The notes under the pieces were generated by a model that ran no database searches, was not told the DNA's origin, and was given only the letters and a program-made list of their open reading frames with translations. Of a stretch of DNA of 57,805 nt, positions 1 through 12,639 are shown piece after piece; the stretch's first letter is position 1; the number at the start of each line of letters is the position of its first letter. The translations under genes and the position numbers were made by a program. Origin of the DNA: Octopus sinensis (lineage: Eukaryota); the NCBI RefSeq assembly GCF_006345805.1, contig NW_021833583.1, positions 1 through 57,805 of the forward strand, in the 5' to 3' direction.

Positions 1-24
1 CCATGAATGGTTGGACTATCCCAC

Positions 25-36
25 AGTCACGTGACT
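25..36. promoter_or_regulatory. 12-bp palindrome AGTCACGTGACT containing an extended E-box (GTCACGTGAC; CLEAR/USF/MiT-TFE type)
   Basis: Sequence seen directly, inside the non-repetitive CpG-containing block 1-135. Function is inferred. Confidence 0.3.
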
Positions 37-339
37 CCCGTGTCCCGTGGCCGGATATGACTACGGTCTGTTGTTGGTGGTGAAGCTAACAACGCTGCTG
101 TTGCTAATGTGGAATGTGGGAAATTCGGTCATAGAGTTTTTATTTTTTTACCTTTTTGTTTGTTTGTTTGTTTGTTAATTTTTTATTTTACTCTTTCTCT
201 TTCTTTGTCTCTCTCTCTCTCTCACTCTCTCTTTATCCCCTTCTTTCTCTCTCTCCCTCTTGTCACCCACCCATCCACCCTCTTTCTCTATCTATTTTGG
301 TTTACTTGATATTTTTATTCTTCCAAATAGACATTGAGG

Positions 340-629
340 ACACACACACACATGTATATATATACATATACACATACATATACATACATCATATACATGT
401 ATACTTATATTATATATTATATGCATATATACTATATATATATATAATACATATATATATATATGCATATATATATTATATATATATATGCATATATATA
501 TATAGCATATATATATATATGTATATATATGTATATATATATATGTTATATATATATATATGCATATTATATATATATGCATATATATATATATATTATT
601 ATATATATATATATAATATATATATATGC

Positions 630-675
<46 letters not shown>

Positions 676-745
676 TATATATATATATATATATATGTGT
701 GTATATGTATATATATACAAACACACACACACACACGCGCACAAC
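340..745. repeat. Compound (CA)n/(TA)n microsatellite tract
   Basis: About 400 bp of interrupted TA/CA/TACA repeats. It explains the Y/I/H-rich ORFs in the track. Confidence 0.95.
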
Positions 746-944
746 GGGTACATACGAAAACAGAAAATATAACATCGTCATTTATTTAAACACGCACTAG
801 AAAATGGCTTCGGTAACTTGGGGACACACACAGCATATACAGACACACATACAAGTTTAAACACACACATGCCTATACATACACACCCAAATATACACAC
901 ATTTTTTTCTCAGTTGATATATGTTTGTGTTTACATTCATACTG

Positions 945-983
<39 letters not shown>

Positions 984-1369
984 CACTCTATTTCTCTCTA
1001 CCTATCTATCTATCTATCTAACTATCTTTTTCTCTTTCGCACATGCGCGCGCGCCTACATATACATACGCACACACATACATACACATTCAAACATACGC
1101 CCAGATTTTTCTCATACATGTGCGTGTGTGTCGAGAGAGTGACAGAAAGGCACACACACACCTACACACACGCGCACACACACGAAAACACATACACACA
1201 GACGCACACACACACACGCACGTACACACTAACAAAAGCTAATGCAGAAACACTTCTATTGACATCACTTCGACTTCGTGACAAACTTGATTCCAACTTG
1301 ATTCCAAATCTTACCACATGACCCCGGACTTAACACTTAACACTACTTGCCAAAGGCTTCATGCATATT

Positions 1370-1425
1370 CAAAGTTATTTCGGTGGGAATGGGCGTGGCC
1401 TGCAATTGTGAGCCACGCCTCCTTC
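1370..1425. promoter_or_regulatory. Candidate cis-regulatory module: inverted GC/GT-box pair GGCGTGGC (1392-1399) / GCCACGCC (1412-1419) around a CAATTG core
   Basis: Perfect 8-bp inverted repeat of an Sp/KLF-like site with a 12-bp spacer, in a unique-looking block (1320-1620). Confidence 0.3.
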
Positions 1426-1705
1426 AGCTTAGCTTATTTCGAATGAAGCGCAGTATTGTAGGGCGTATACAGTACACCACTGACTGAATAACACGATCGG
1501 TGGCAATATTCATTCTCGAATTCCATAGAGATCTTTGTGTTGTTGTTTCTTGACCACAGGTCAGACCTAATCGTGCGGACTGATGCTGAAAGGCAGTTGT
1601 GGATATTAGCCCAACCCATATCCTTTATTTATGTACATGCATACATACACAAATACACATACGCATGCGCGCACGCACAAACACATACATACACACACAC
1701 ATATT

Positions 1706-1882
1706 CTTTGACTGCGGCCATGTCGGAGCTCCGCCTTAAAGGGTCTTAGTCGAAGAAATCGACTCCAGGACTTAGGCTTTGTAAGTCTAATACTTATTCT
1801 ATTGATCTTTTTTGCCGAAACGCTACATTAACGAGACATAAACACACCAGCATCGGTTGCCAGGCGATGGTGGGGGACAAAA
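1706..1882 (-). mobile_element. SINE family A, 3' half fragment
   Basis: Matches the TTTGACTGCGGCCATG...GGGGGACAAA segment of fuller copies at 2226-2620 and 23575-23978. Confidence 0.8.
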
Positions 1883-1948
1883 ACACACACACACACATAA
1901 TATATATATATACATAAATATATATATAAATTATATATTATAAAATAT

Positions 1949-2010
<62 letters not shown>

Positions 2011-2225
2011 TAGATACATACATACATATATATATATATATTATATATATATATATATACATACATTATATATATATTATATATATAATATATATATACA
2101 TACATAAATATATATATATATATAAAAATATATAAATATATATATATATATATAAATATATATATATACATATATATATATATATTATATATATATATAT
2201 ATATTATATATATATATATTATATA

Positions 2226-2620
2226 TACTCTTTTTTCTCTTTTACTTGTTTCAGTCATTTGACTGCGGCCATGCTGGAGCACCGCCTTTAGTCGAGCAAA
2301 TCGACCCCAAGACTTATTTGCAAGCCCAGTACTTATTCTATCGGTCCCTTTTGCCTAACCGCTAAGTGACGGGGACGTAAACACACCAGCATCGATTGTC
2401 AAGCAATGCTAGGGGGACAAACACAGACACACAAACACACACACACACACATACATATATATACATATATACGACAGGCTTCTTTCAGTTTCCGTCTACC
2501 AAATCCACTCACAAGGCATTGGTCGGCCCGGGGCTATAGCAGAAGACACTTGCCCAAGATGCCACGCAGTTGAACTGAACCCGGAACCATGTGGTTGGTT
2601 AGCAAGCTACTTACCACACA
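2226..2620 (-). mobile_element. tRNA-derived SINE family A (tRNA-like head, CORE-like TTGGGCAAGTGTCTT, internal (TA)/(TG) microsatellite, AAAAGAGTA tail)
   Basis: More than 15 copies in the window. Fuller copies show A-box-like TGGCTGTGTGG and B-box-like GGTTCAGTCCC on the element strand. Confidence 0.9.
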
Positions 2621-2645
2621 CACACATATATATATATTTATATAT

Positions 2646-2839
2646 ACATACATATATCCACGACGGGCTTCTTTCAGTTTCCATCTACCAAATCCACTCA
2701 CAAGGCTTTGGTCGGCCTGAGGCCATAGTAAAAGACATTTGCTCAAGGTGTCACGCAGTGAGACTGAATCCGGAACCATGTGGTTGGGAAGCCAGCGCTT
2801 CTTACCACACAGCCACGCCTGCGCCTATATATCATTCAA
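2646..2839 (-). mobile_element. SINE A 5' half, copy 1 of a local duplication
   Basis: Shares private variants and the flank ATATATCATTCA with 3164-3357. Confidence 0.85.
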
Positions 2840-3163
2840 CCACGGTAGTGGTTGAATACATTCTTAAGTCCACCATTTCAGCAACTGCAGCAGATTCCAA
2901 GCTACACCTCTAATTCAGTTCTCAACTAAACTGCAAACTGCAAATAGTTTTAAAGAGGACGCCTCCTCAGCTACACTTTGGCATAAATAGATTCAGATTT
3001 GGTTCAGTAGGAAAAAAGTTACATCAAAATATCTGCGATCTCAAGGGGGCAGTAAGGGAGATATTCATCTTCAATCAACATAATTTTTTAAATTTTGAAT
3101 TAAGAGTATACCTTTCTTAGGCTTAAATGATAGAAAAATGCACGAGGAATTCAGAATCGCTAG

Positions 3164-3357
3164 TACATACATATATCCACGACGGGCTTCTTTCAGTTTC
3201 CATCTACCAAATCCACTCACAAGGCTTTGGTCGGCCTGAGGCCATAGTAAAAGACACTTGCCCAAGGTGTCACGCAGTGAGACTGAATCCGGAACCATGT
3301 GGTTGGGAAGCAAGCGCTTCTTACCACACAGCCACGCCTGCGCCTATATATCATTCA
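3164..3357 (-). mobile_element. SINE A 5' half, copy 2 of a local duplication
   Basis: Near-identical to 2646-2839. Confidence 0.85.
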
Positions 3358-3631
3358 CCCATTCAATGAATACATTGAACAAAAATTAGTAGAAAAAGAG
3401 TTATGAAGTAAAATGTTACGAAATTTCATGTCAGTAAGTAAGGAAATAAGGGAGTAACGCTTCAGCAATAGCAATAAAGAATATATTTCTAAAATGAATG
3501 CTTACTTTTTAAGGCGGCGAGGTGACAGAAACGTTAGCGCACGGGTTGAAGTGCTTGACGGTATTTCGTCTGCCTTTACGTTCTTTGAGTTCAAATTTCG
3601 CCTAGGTCCACTTTGACGTACAGATTATTTA

Positions 3632-4901
3632 TTAGGTTGGCAACTAAGATTCCAACTTTTGTTTTTTAAATTTTGGAATTTATTACGTTTTTAAATTTTG
3701 GAATCTATTTTTTTTTAAAGAATTCTGTGTTTGAATCATTTTGGAATCTTTTATTTTCTAGTTAATTTTAGTTCATTTTTGTTTATTTTCAGATCATTAA
3801 AAGGGAATGTCAAGTTAAGAAAAACGACCATTTTCTACACCTCCTTCTTTTTGCTTTTAATCAAGGTTCTAAGGCCGCAAAAGCTGCTTGCGACATTTGT
3901 GCTGTGTACGGAGAGGGTGCCATACCTGAAAGAACCGATCGTGATTGGTATGCCAAGTTCAAAAATGGAAATTTTGACCTCAAAGACGCACCTCGTTCTG
4001 GCCATCGATGAAGAGCGATTAAGCCAACTTTTGCACGAAAATTCTCGTCAAACGACATGGGAACTGGCAGAGAAAATGGAATGCTCCCACACTGCTATAG
4101 AGAAGCATCTTCACTTGATTGGAAAGGTTCAGAAGTATGGGGCATGGGTCCCGCATGCTTTAAGTGACAACAAAAATCAACGAGCCACAATCTCCGCTGG
4201 TTTGCTTGTTTGTCACAGCTCAACTCATGGAGACGAAAAGCAACGATTTCTTTACCGAATTGTTACTGGCGATGAAAAATGGTGCCTGTACATCAATATG
4301 AAGCAGCGTAAGGAATGGCTTAGCCTCGGTAAACAAGCGACACCGCGTGTGAAACAAAATTTTCATCCGTGTAAAACGATGTTGTGCATATGGTGGGACT
4401 GGGAAGGGATTATCCATTACGAATTGCTTGAACGGAACCAAACGGTTAACGAGGAACTCTATGTTCAACAGATGGAACGACTCAACACAGCTATTCAAGA
4501 GAAAAGACCTGATCGTCAGCATGGAGTTTTTCAGCTGCACGACAACGCCCGACCTCATATCGCCAATATGACCAAGGAAGCCATTCAAACGCATGGCTGG
4601 GAAGTGCCGCCACACCCACCGTACTCTCCTGATTTGGCACCAACGGATTTCCACCTCTTTCGATCTCTTTCAAATGCCATGCGCGGAGTTTGTTCAATAC
4701 TGATGCAGAATTGAGAGCTTGGCTGAATCAATTTTTCGAGTCGAAATTGGGTGATTTCTACCAACAAGGTATTGAAAATCTTGTTGAATATTGGGAAGAA
4801 GTTCTAAACAATAAGGGTGAATACATTATTGATTAATTAGTTGTTATTTTTCATTAAGGTTTTTCAAAAATTTTAATTTAAAAAAACGGCGGAACTTAGT
4901 T
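3632..4901 (+). mobile_element. mariner (DD34D) DNA transposon, near full length, decayed
   Basis: Left end TA|TTAGGTTGGCAACTAAG. Right-end remnant AAAAAACGGCGGAACTTAGTT is complementary to it. A transposase lies inside. Confidence 0.9.
3802..4836 (+). pseudogene. mariner transposase pseudogene
   Basis: Motifs DLKDAPRSG, WVPHAL, IVTGDEKW, HDNARPH, HPPYSPDLAPTD and C-terminal KGEYIID*. Start codon is mutated (AGG), with frameshifts near 4005 and 4690. Confidence 0.93.
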
Positions 4902-5004
4902 ATCCTTGTTGCGTATTTTGATTTTAATCGCCTTATTTTTTAAATTGTATGGATAATACCGTACTAAATTCTGGTGCCTCAAATTAAGTACCTAATTCAT
5001 CTGA

Positions 5005-5052
<48 letters not shown>

Positions 5053-5109
5053 ACACACACACACACGAGTAAGTATGTAGTATACGCATATATATATATT
5101 TTTTTTTTT

Positions 5110-5335
5110 TTATTACCCACAAGGGGTTGAACATAGAGGGGCCAAACAAGAACAGACAAACGAACTGAGTCGGTTACATCGACCCCAGTGCGTAACTGGT
5201 ACTTAATTTATTCACCCCGAAAGGATCAAAGGCAAAGTCGACCTTGGCGGAATTTGAACTCAGAACGTAACGGCAGACGAAATACGGCTACGCATTTCGC
5301 CCGGCGTGCTAACGATTCTGCCAGCTCGCCGCCTT
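5110..5335 (-). mobile_element. tRNA-derived SINE family B (AAGGCGGCGAGCTGGCAGAA head; central GTCGACTTTGCCTTTCATCCTTTCGGGGTCGATAAA resembling the Meta-SINE domain)
   Basis: About 17 copies in the window with a B-box-like GAGTTCAAATTCC. The domain name is from recall. Confidence 0.85.
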
Positions 5336-5398
5336 GCATACACACACACACACACCACACACACACACACCACACACACACATATATATATTATATAT

Positions 5399-5442
<44 letters not shown>

Positions 5443-5471
5443 GCATACATAAGATGTCTAGATACATATAT

Positions 5472-5894
5472 TTTTATCTTTTACTTGTTTCAGTCATTTA
5501 GCTGCAACTATGCTGGAATACCTCCTTTAAGGATTTTTGTCGAACAGATCGACCCCAGGATATTTTTTGAAGTCTAGTGGCTCTTAAGCCGAAGCGCTGG
5601 ATTACGGAGATTTAAATACACCAACACCAGTTCTCAAGCGGTTATTTTTTCTAGTATATACGCAATGTCTGAAATTTTGGGGTGCTATAAGTCGATTACA
5701 TCGACCCCCTAATGCTCGACTGATATTCGTTTTATCGACTCCAAAGGACGAAAGGCAAAATCGACTTTGATGGAATTTGAACACAGGACATAAAGACGGA
5801 CGAAATGCCGCTAAGTATTTTGTTCGGCATGCTAAATAATATAATAATAATATAAAAAAATAATTGTCAGTCGGTGGTAAGGGACGAACACGGA

Positions 5895-5937
<43 letters not shown>

Positions 5938-6100
5938 GCACACACACACACCACATACATACATAATACATACATATATACATCGATACACACACACACA
6001 CATATATATATGTATGTATATATATATACACACACATCTTAAAATATACACGCACGCATACACACATATGCACTCGCACACACACACATATACATGCGTG

Positions 6101-6169
<69 letters not shown>

Positions 6170-6289
6170 AAAACTTACTTGGAGGATAAGAAGCGACGCG
6201 AGGCGTTCAGTCATATAATAACAATTTAACAATAAAACATATGCATATATACATATATGTACATACCTACATCTATATGTATGTATACA

Positions 6290-6323
<34 letters not shown>

Positions 6324-6738
6324 TACAGGACACCAGAAATAAACGTAGAACACAACGAGAAACGAAAACAAAAACAAACAAGGAAGCGGACTTTTTTTAA
6401 CAACGAAAAAACAGAGTACAAGACAAACAATACAAGGAATATTCCCCTACATCAGCTGCCCCTGGTTCGACTCAATGCGTGTTTCGAAGGTAAGGGCAGA
6501 ACACGATCCGGCCGAAACAATCCTTCCTGCAAAATGAATTAAATGAAATTCTTTTGCAGAGGGGTAAAAAAAGAAAGAAAGTGACAAGAAGATGACGTAA
6601 AAGCAATACAAATAAAAATACAGTACTCATAAAGCATAAGAACAGGACAAGGAAACCAACATTGAGGGCTTTTTTAAGCCTAGACGGTGGATGTTTTCGT
6701 TTCTCGTTGTGTTCTACGTTTATTTGTGGTGTCCTGTA

Positions 6739-6778
<40 letters not shown>

Positions 6779-6930
6779 ACAGGTTTCTTTCAGTTTCCGT
6801 CTACCAAATCCACTCACAAGGCTTTGGCCGGCCCGAAGTTTTAGTAGAAGACACTTGCTCAAAGTACCACGCAGTGGGACTGAACTCGGACCCATGTGGT
6901 TGATAAGCAAGCTACTCACCACACATCCAA
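5472..6930 (-). mobile_element. One SINE A split by nested inserts: SINE B at 5645-5835, microsatellites, and a TIR element at 6321-6741
   Basis: 3' part at 5472-5640, continuation at 5866-5900 and 5' half at 6775-6930 are collinear with intact family A copies. Confidence 0.7.
6321..6741. mobile_element. Non-autonomous TIR element (MITE-like) inserted in (TA)n
   Basis: 50-bp TIRs (6321-6370 / 6692-6741) with one mismatch. Both flanks are (TA)n. Related ends at 33183-33228 and 45149-45375. Confidence 0.85.
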
Positions 6931-6962
6931 CCCCCCTATGTATAAATAAATAAACATATACA

Positions 6963-7021
<59 letters not shown>

Positions 7022-7243
7022 TCCACTCATCAGTGAGTAAAAATAGAATGAGGGTAAATCCCTATTCGACTCACAACAAGGCTTTGTAACGTTTCAAATA
7101 ATTCTAGTTCTGATGTATACTGTGCTTAGGCTGTTTTATGCATAAAATAGATGTTTGTTGATTAATGACGAACCTCCAAAACCTAAGTATGTTATTTAGG
7201 CACCCCGCTATGGTGTTAACCCAACTCCTGACTGCTTTATATA

Positions 7244-7275
<32 letters not shown>

Positions 7276-7309
7276 AATAATTATAATAATAATGATAATA
7301 ATAATAAAA

Positions 7310-7565
7310 TAAATGCGCCCTTTTAAAGACTAGCCAGTCTCATGGGCCCGGTTTCCCGGTTTCAATGGCGTATGTGTTCCCCAGCTGGACGGGACGCCAC
7401 TCCATTGCAGCGTTACTCATTTTTGCCAGCTGAGGGGACTGGAGCAACGTGAAATGAAGTGTTTTGCTCAAGAACACAACGCGTCGCCCGGTCCAGGAAT
7501 CGAAACCACAATCTTACGATCATGATGCTGACACCTATACCACCACTAATCCACGTGCCTCCACG
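7310..7565 (-). mobile_element. SINE family C variant 1 (tRNA head + CORE-like + V-domain-like ATGGAGTGGCGTCCCGTCCAG), (ATT)n tail
   Basis: Head and TTGAGCAA..CACTT.ATTTCACGTTGCTCCAG segment shared with 13732, 15412 and 34768. The 3' part differs. Confidence 0.75.
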
Positions 7566-8001
7566 CTTTATATATATATATATGTATCAGTTGATCTATA
7601 AAACTGATTAGTAAAGGAAACTGAGTACGTCTTCTCGGCGGAGCGGATAAGAAACTATAAAACGGTTCAGCAGGAGACACCCTCCAACGTTTTTTCGTAG
7701 ATTAATAGAAGAGAAATGATGTATGTATTTACATTCTTAATTAACATGGAAACTTTTGTAATATTTAAATTTCTTCCAATATAGATTATTTAGAAATGAC
7801 ATCGGGAAGACATCCCATCTTTATCGCTTAAAAATTTAAAACAAAGGATTTTAAAATTATATTTAAAGTCATAACCAGCTTCGAAATCCTATATCATGTA
7901 AACAGTAAAGTGACTAAATTCTATCACTAGTTTCTCGTTTTCTAGAATTCTGTAATCGAAAAAACGAAATTGGCCAGCTCTAAGCAGAATCTCCATAAAT
8001 A

Positions 8002-9387
8002 CACTGAACCGCAAAAGAAACTCGATTTTTGCAAATGTCATTTATATATGGTAAATTCTGAAAATTTATTTTGGGGATGTAAGCGTAAATATTCCAAGAC
8101 ATGCTGGTTTATGGCTGGTATCTCGTGGAGGTTATGGGTATAAAAATCAACTTGAACTACGTTCCTGGCATTCGTAATTTGAACACATCAGGTATGACCC
8201 GATTGTCAGCAGCGCAGAGAAAACAACCTATCTGTCGATTGCAAGTAGGGCAGCGTGCCCTGGTCTATGTAAGCATCATCTATCGCCTGCCACAGCGATA
8301 CAACAACACCAACAGCACTGCAGACCGTGCTCGCAGAGGGTGCCTCCGGATGACCACACCCAAGCAGGAACGCTTCACCCACCTGCAACACCTCCGTGAT
8401 CACTTCAGACCGGCCAGCATGACAGCTCGAGCGACTATTGGCACTGGACAGCGACCTATCAGCGACGACACGGTACGACGTCGACTGGTCGCTAACAACC
8501 TGCGTTGCCGTCGTCCTGCTTGAGGGCCTGCCTCAGCGCCCGCCTCAGCGCCCGCCACCGTCAGGCACGACTACAGTGAGCTACACAGCACCGACATTGG
8601 CGGTATCAACAATGGAAGTCGATGGTTTTCTCTGACGAGAGTCGGTACTTGGTTTCCACCTCGCATGGCAGAGTGAGGGTGTGGCGTAGGAGGGGAACGC
8701 TTACAGAGACGCATGTGAGGTGGCCAAAACATCATGGTTTGCGGTGTTATAGGCCTGAGTCAGAGAATTGGGCCACATGTGTTCCAAGATGTTGGTGTAG
8801 GCAGAGGAAATGGCATTACAGCGCAGCGCTACGTTAACCACATCCTAAGACCTCACATCGTACCCTTCTTCGCGTGTCACCATAGTCACGTGTTTCAGCA
8901 GGACAATGCTCCCTCCCACATGGCCAGGGTAACCATGGACTTTCTGCATCGGTACAACATCAGAACCATGCCGTGGCTGGCTCTCAGCCCGGATTTGAAC
9001 TCAATTGAACACCAGTGGGATGAAATCCAGAGACGGCTGAACCAGGTAGCCCCAAGGCCGACAACTTGTGTGTAACTGAAGGCAGCCTTCCTCAGGGTGT
9101 GGGCACAGGTGCCAATGGCTTTTGTGAACTGCCTCATGCACTCCATGTACCGACGGTGTGCGGCCGTTTTGAACATCTAGGGAGGGCATACACGGTATTG
9201 AACACGTCACGCCTTACAATCTCGACGTGTTAGATCCACAGATTACCAGAACGCACGACAACGACTGTGATCAAAATGCATCCAAGAAATTGACTTTATC
9301 AGATTTATCAAAATTTATCTCTGACATGATGAAATTAAAACATATTTCACAGTTACACACATCTCGCGTTTCTTTTGCGGTTCAGTG
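8002..9387 (+). mobile_element. Tc1-like (DD34E) DNA transposon, full length
   Basis: Perfect 20-bp TIRs CACTGAACCGCAAAAGAAAC / GTTTCTTTTGCGGTTCAGTG. TA duplication at 8000-8001 and 9388-9389. Confidence 0.95.
8194..9201 (+). pseudogene. Tc1 transposase pseudogene
   Basis: MTRLSAAQR start, ISDDTVRRRL, FSDESR, GRVRVWRR, FQQDNAP, SPDLNSIEH and GGHTRY* end. Multiple stops and frameshifts. Confidence 0.93.
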
Positions 9388-9524
9388 TATTATTATCAAA
9401 GAAATTTTCTTTGGAATCAGTCTTCTTTGAGGTTCTTCTGCTACATTGTTTTGTAGCCACACGTATTGAATAATGCAAAAATGCCTTGCCGTATTTCTTC
9501 CAACTCTTTACACTAAGTTGGAAA

Positions 9525-11545
<2,021 letters not shown>

Positions 11546-11653
11546 TATATTATTGTTGTTGTTGTGGTTCATGATGTCAACATATAATTTATCAGCTTAA
11601 TACATAAAGCTTGTGATTGTCAAAATTTCGACGACGAAGGCAGCAACAACGAC

Positions 11654-12020
11654 AGTGGAGGCGCAATGGCCCAATGGTTAGGGCAGCGGACACGCGGTTT
11701 CGATTCCCAAACCAGGCGTGTGTGTGTGTGTTTATTGAGCGAAAACACCTAAAGCTCCACAAGGCTCCGGCAGGGGGGGGGGCGACCCCTGTTGTATTTT
11801 TTTGCTCCAACTTTCTCTCACTCTTTCTTCCTGTTTCTTGTCCCCGACTTCCTACGCAACCGCTGAGCCAGGATGCGCATCCATCCATCCGTTGATGCTC
11901 TCGGTGTCGGGGGTTGACCTGCTTTCTCTTCTGCGGGTCTTACGAATAACAAAGGACCACGTTTCGGACTCTTCCCACTGGGACGAAGACTGCTACGCTC
12001 AACAAACAAACAAGCAAGCA
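11654..12020 (+). mobile_element. tRNA-derived SINE-like element (fourth family) with (CAAA/CAAG)n tail
   Basis: Head GTGGAGGCGCAATGGCCCAATGGTTAGGGCAG...GGTTTCGATTCCC (A and B boxes) and a simple-repeat tail. Confidence 0.65.
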
Positions 12021-12639
12021 AGAACGACAGTATGTTTTATGCGAACGTAGCAAACCAAAGTGAAGCGCAAGCACAGGCAAGTATCTCCCCTCATAAAAAA
12101 AGACAATGCCGCATTATCTCGACGAATTCAGCCAGGAAAAGGCGAGAAGGAAATTTACATAGAGTTAGTTAAAGAAAAAATAATAACTTTCGTTAGCCTA
12201 CGAAGAAACTCTGGCCAATGCGTAGCATGGAGTTCGCATCCATCAATCGCAGAAGTTTATGACAATCAATGTACAAGGTCTGAACTTTAAGACTGAGGCG
12301 GAGTTGGTGCTGAAGAATATTTAGAGACGAAATACATGGGTTACAGAAACATTGTGACAGACGTTTAACCTAGCTTTATTGTCATCACTCTAACCCCTCA
12401 AATTTCTGGCCTTGTGTCTGTATTAGAAATAATTATTGCTATTATGTGGATGGCAGATAGCGAAAGTGGTGGGGACGTTAGACTTGAAATTTTTTGTTAT
12501 TCAATTAGGTCCATTTATTTCATTGAGCCAAATTATTCGTAAAAATAAGATATTTGCTTGCTATAATGCTCAGAGCATTGTGTTGTGTAACCCCTGGCCA
12601 ACCCTAATCGAACAACTTTACAGCTCACAGATAATAGAA

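Noticed and set aside
3731-4714. 327-aa ORF as an intact transposase or SETMAR-like host gene
   Set aside because: The N-terminal 90 aa are out of frame with the real transposase start, the C-terminus is frameshifted, and there is no SET domain.
6436-6520. Type-II hammerhead-like order (CGAAAC...CTGATG) in the TIR element, also at 45255-45300
   Set aside because: Stems I and III cannot be formed consistently, and the two copies do not support a shared structure.
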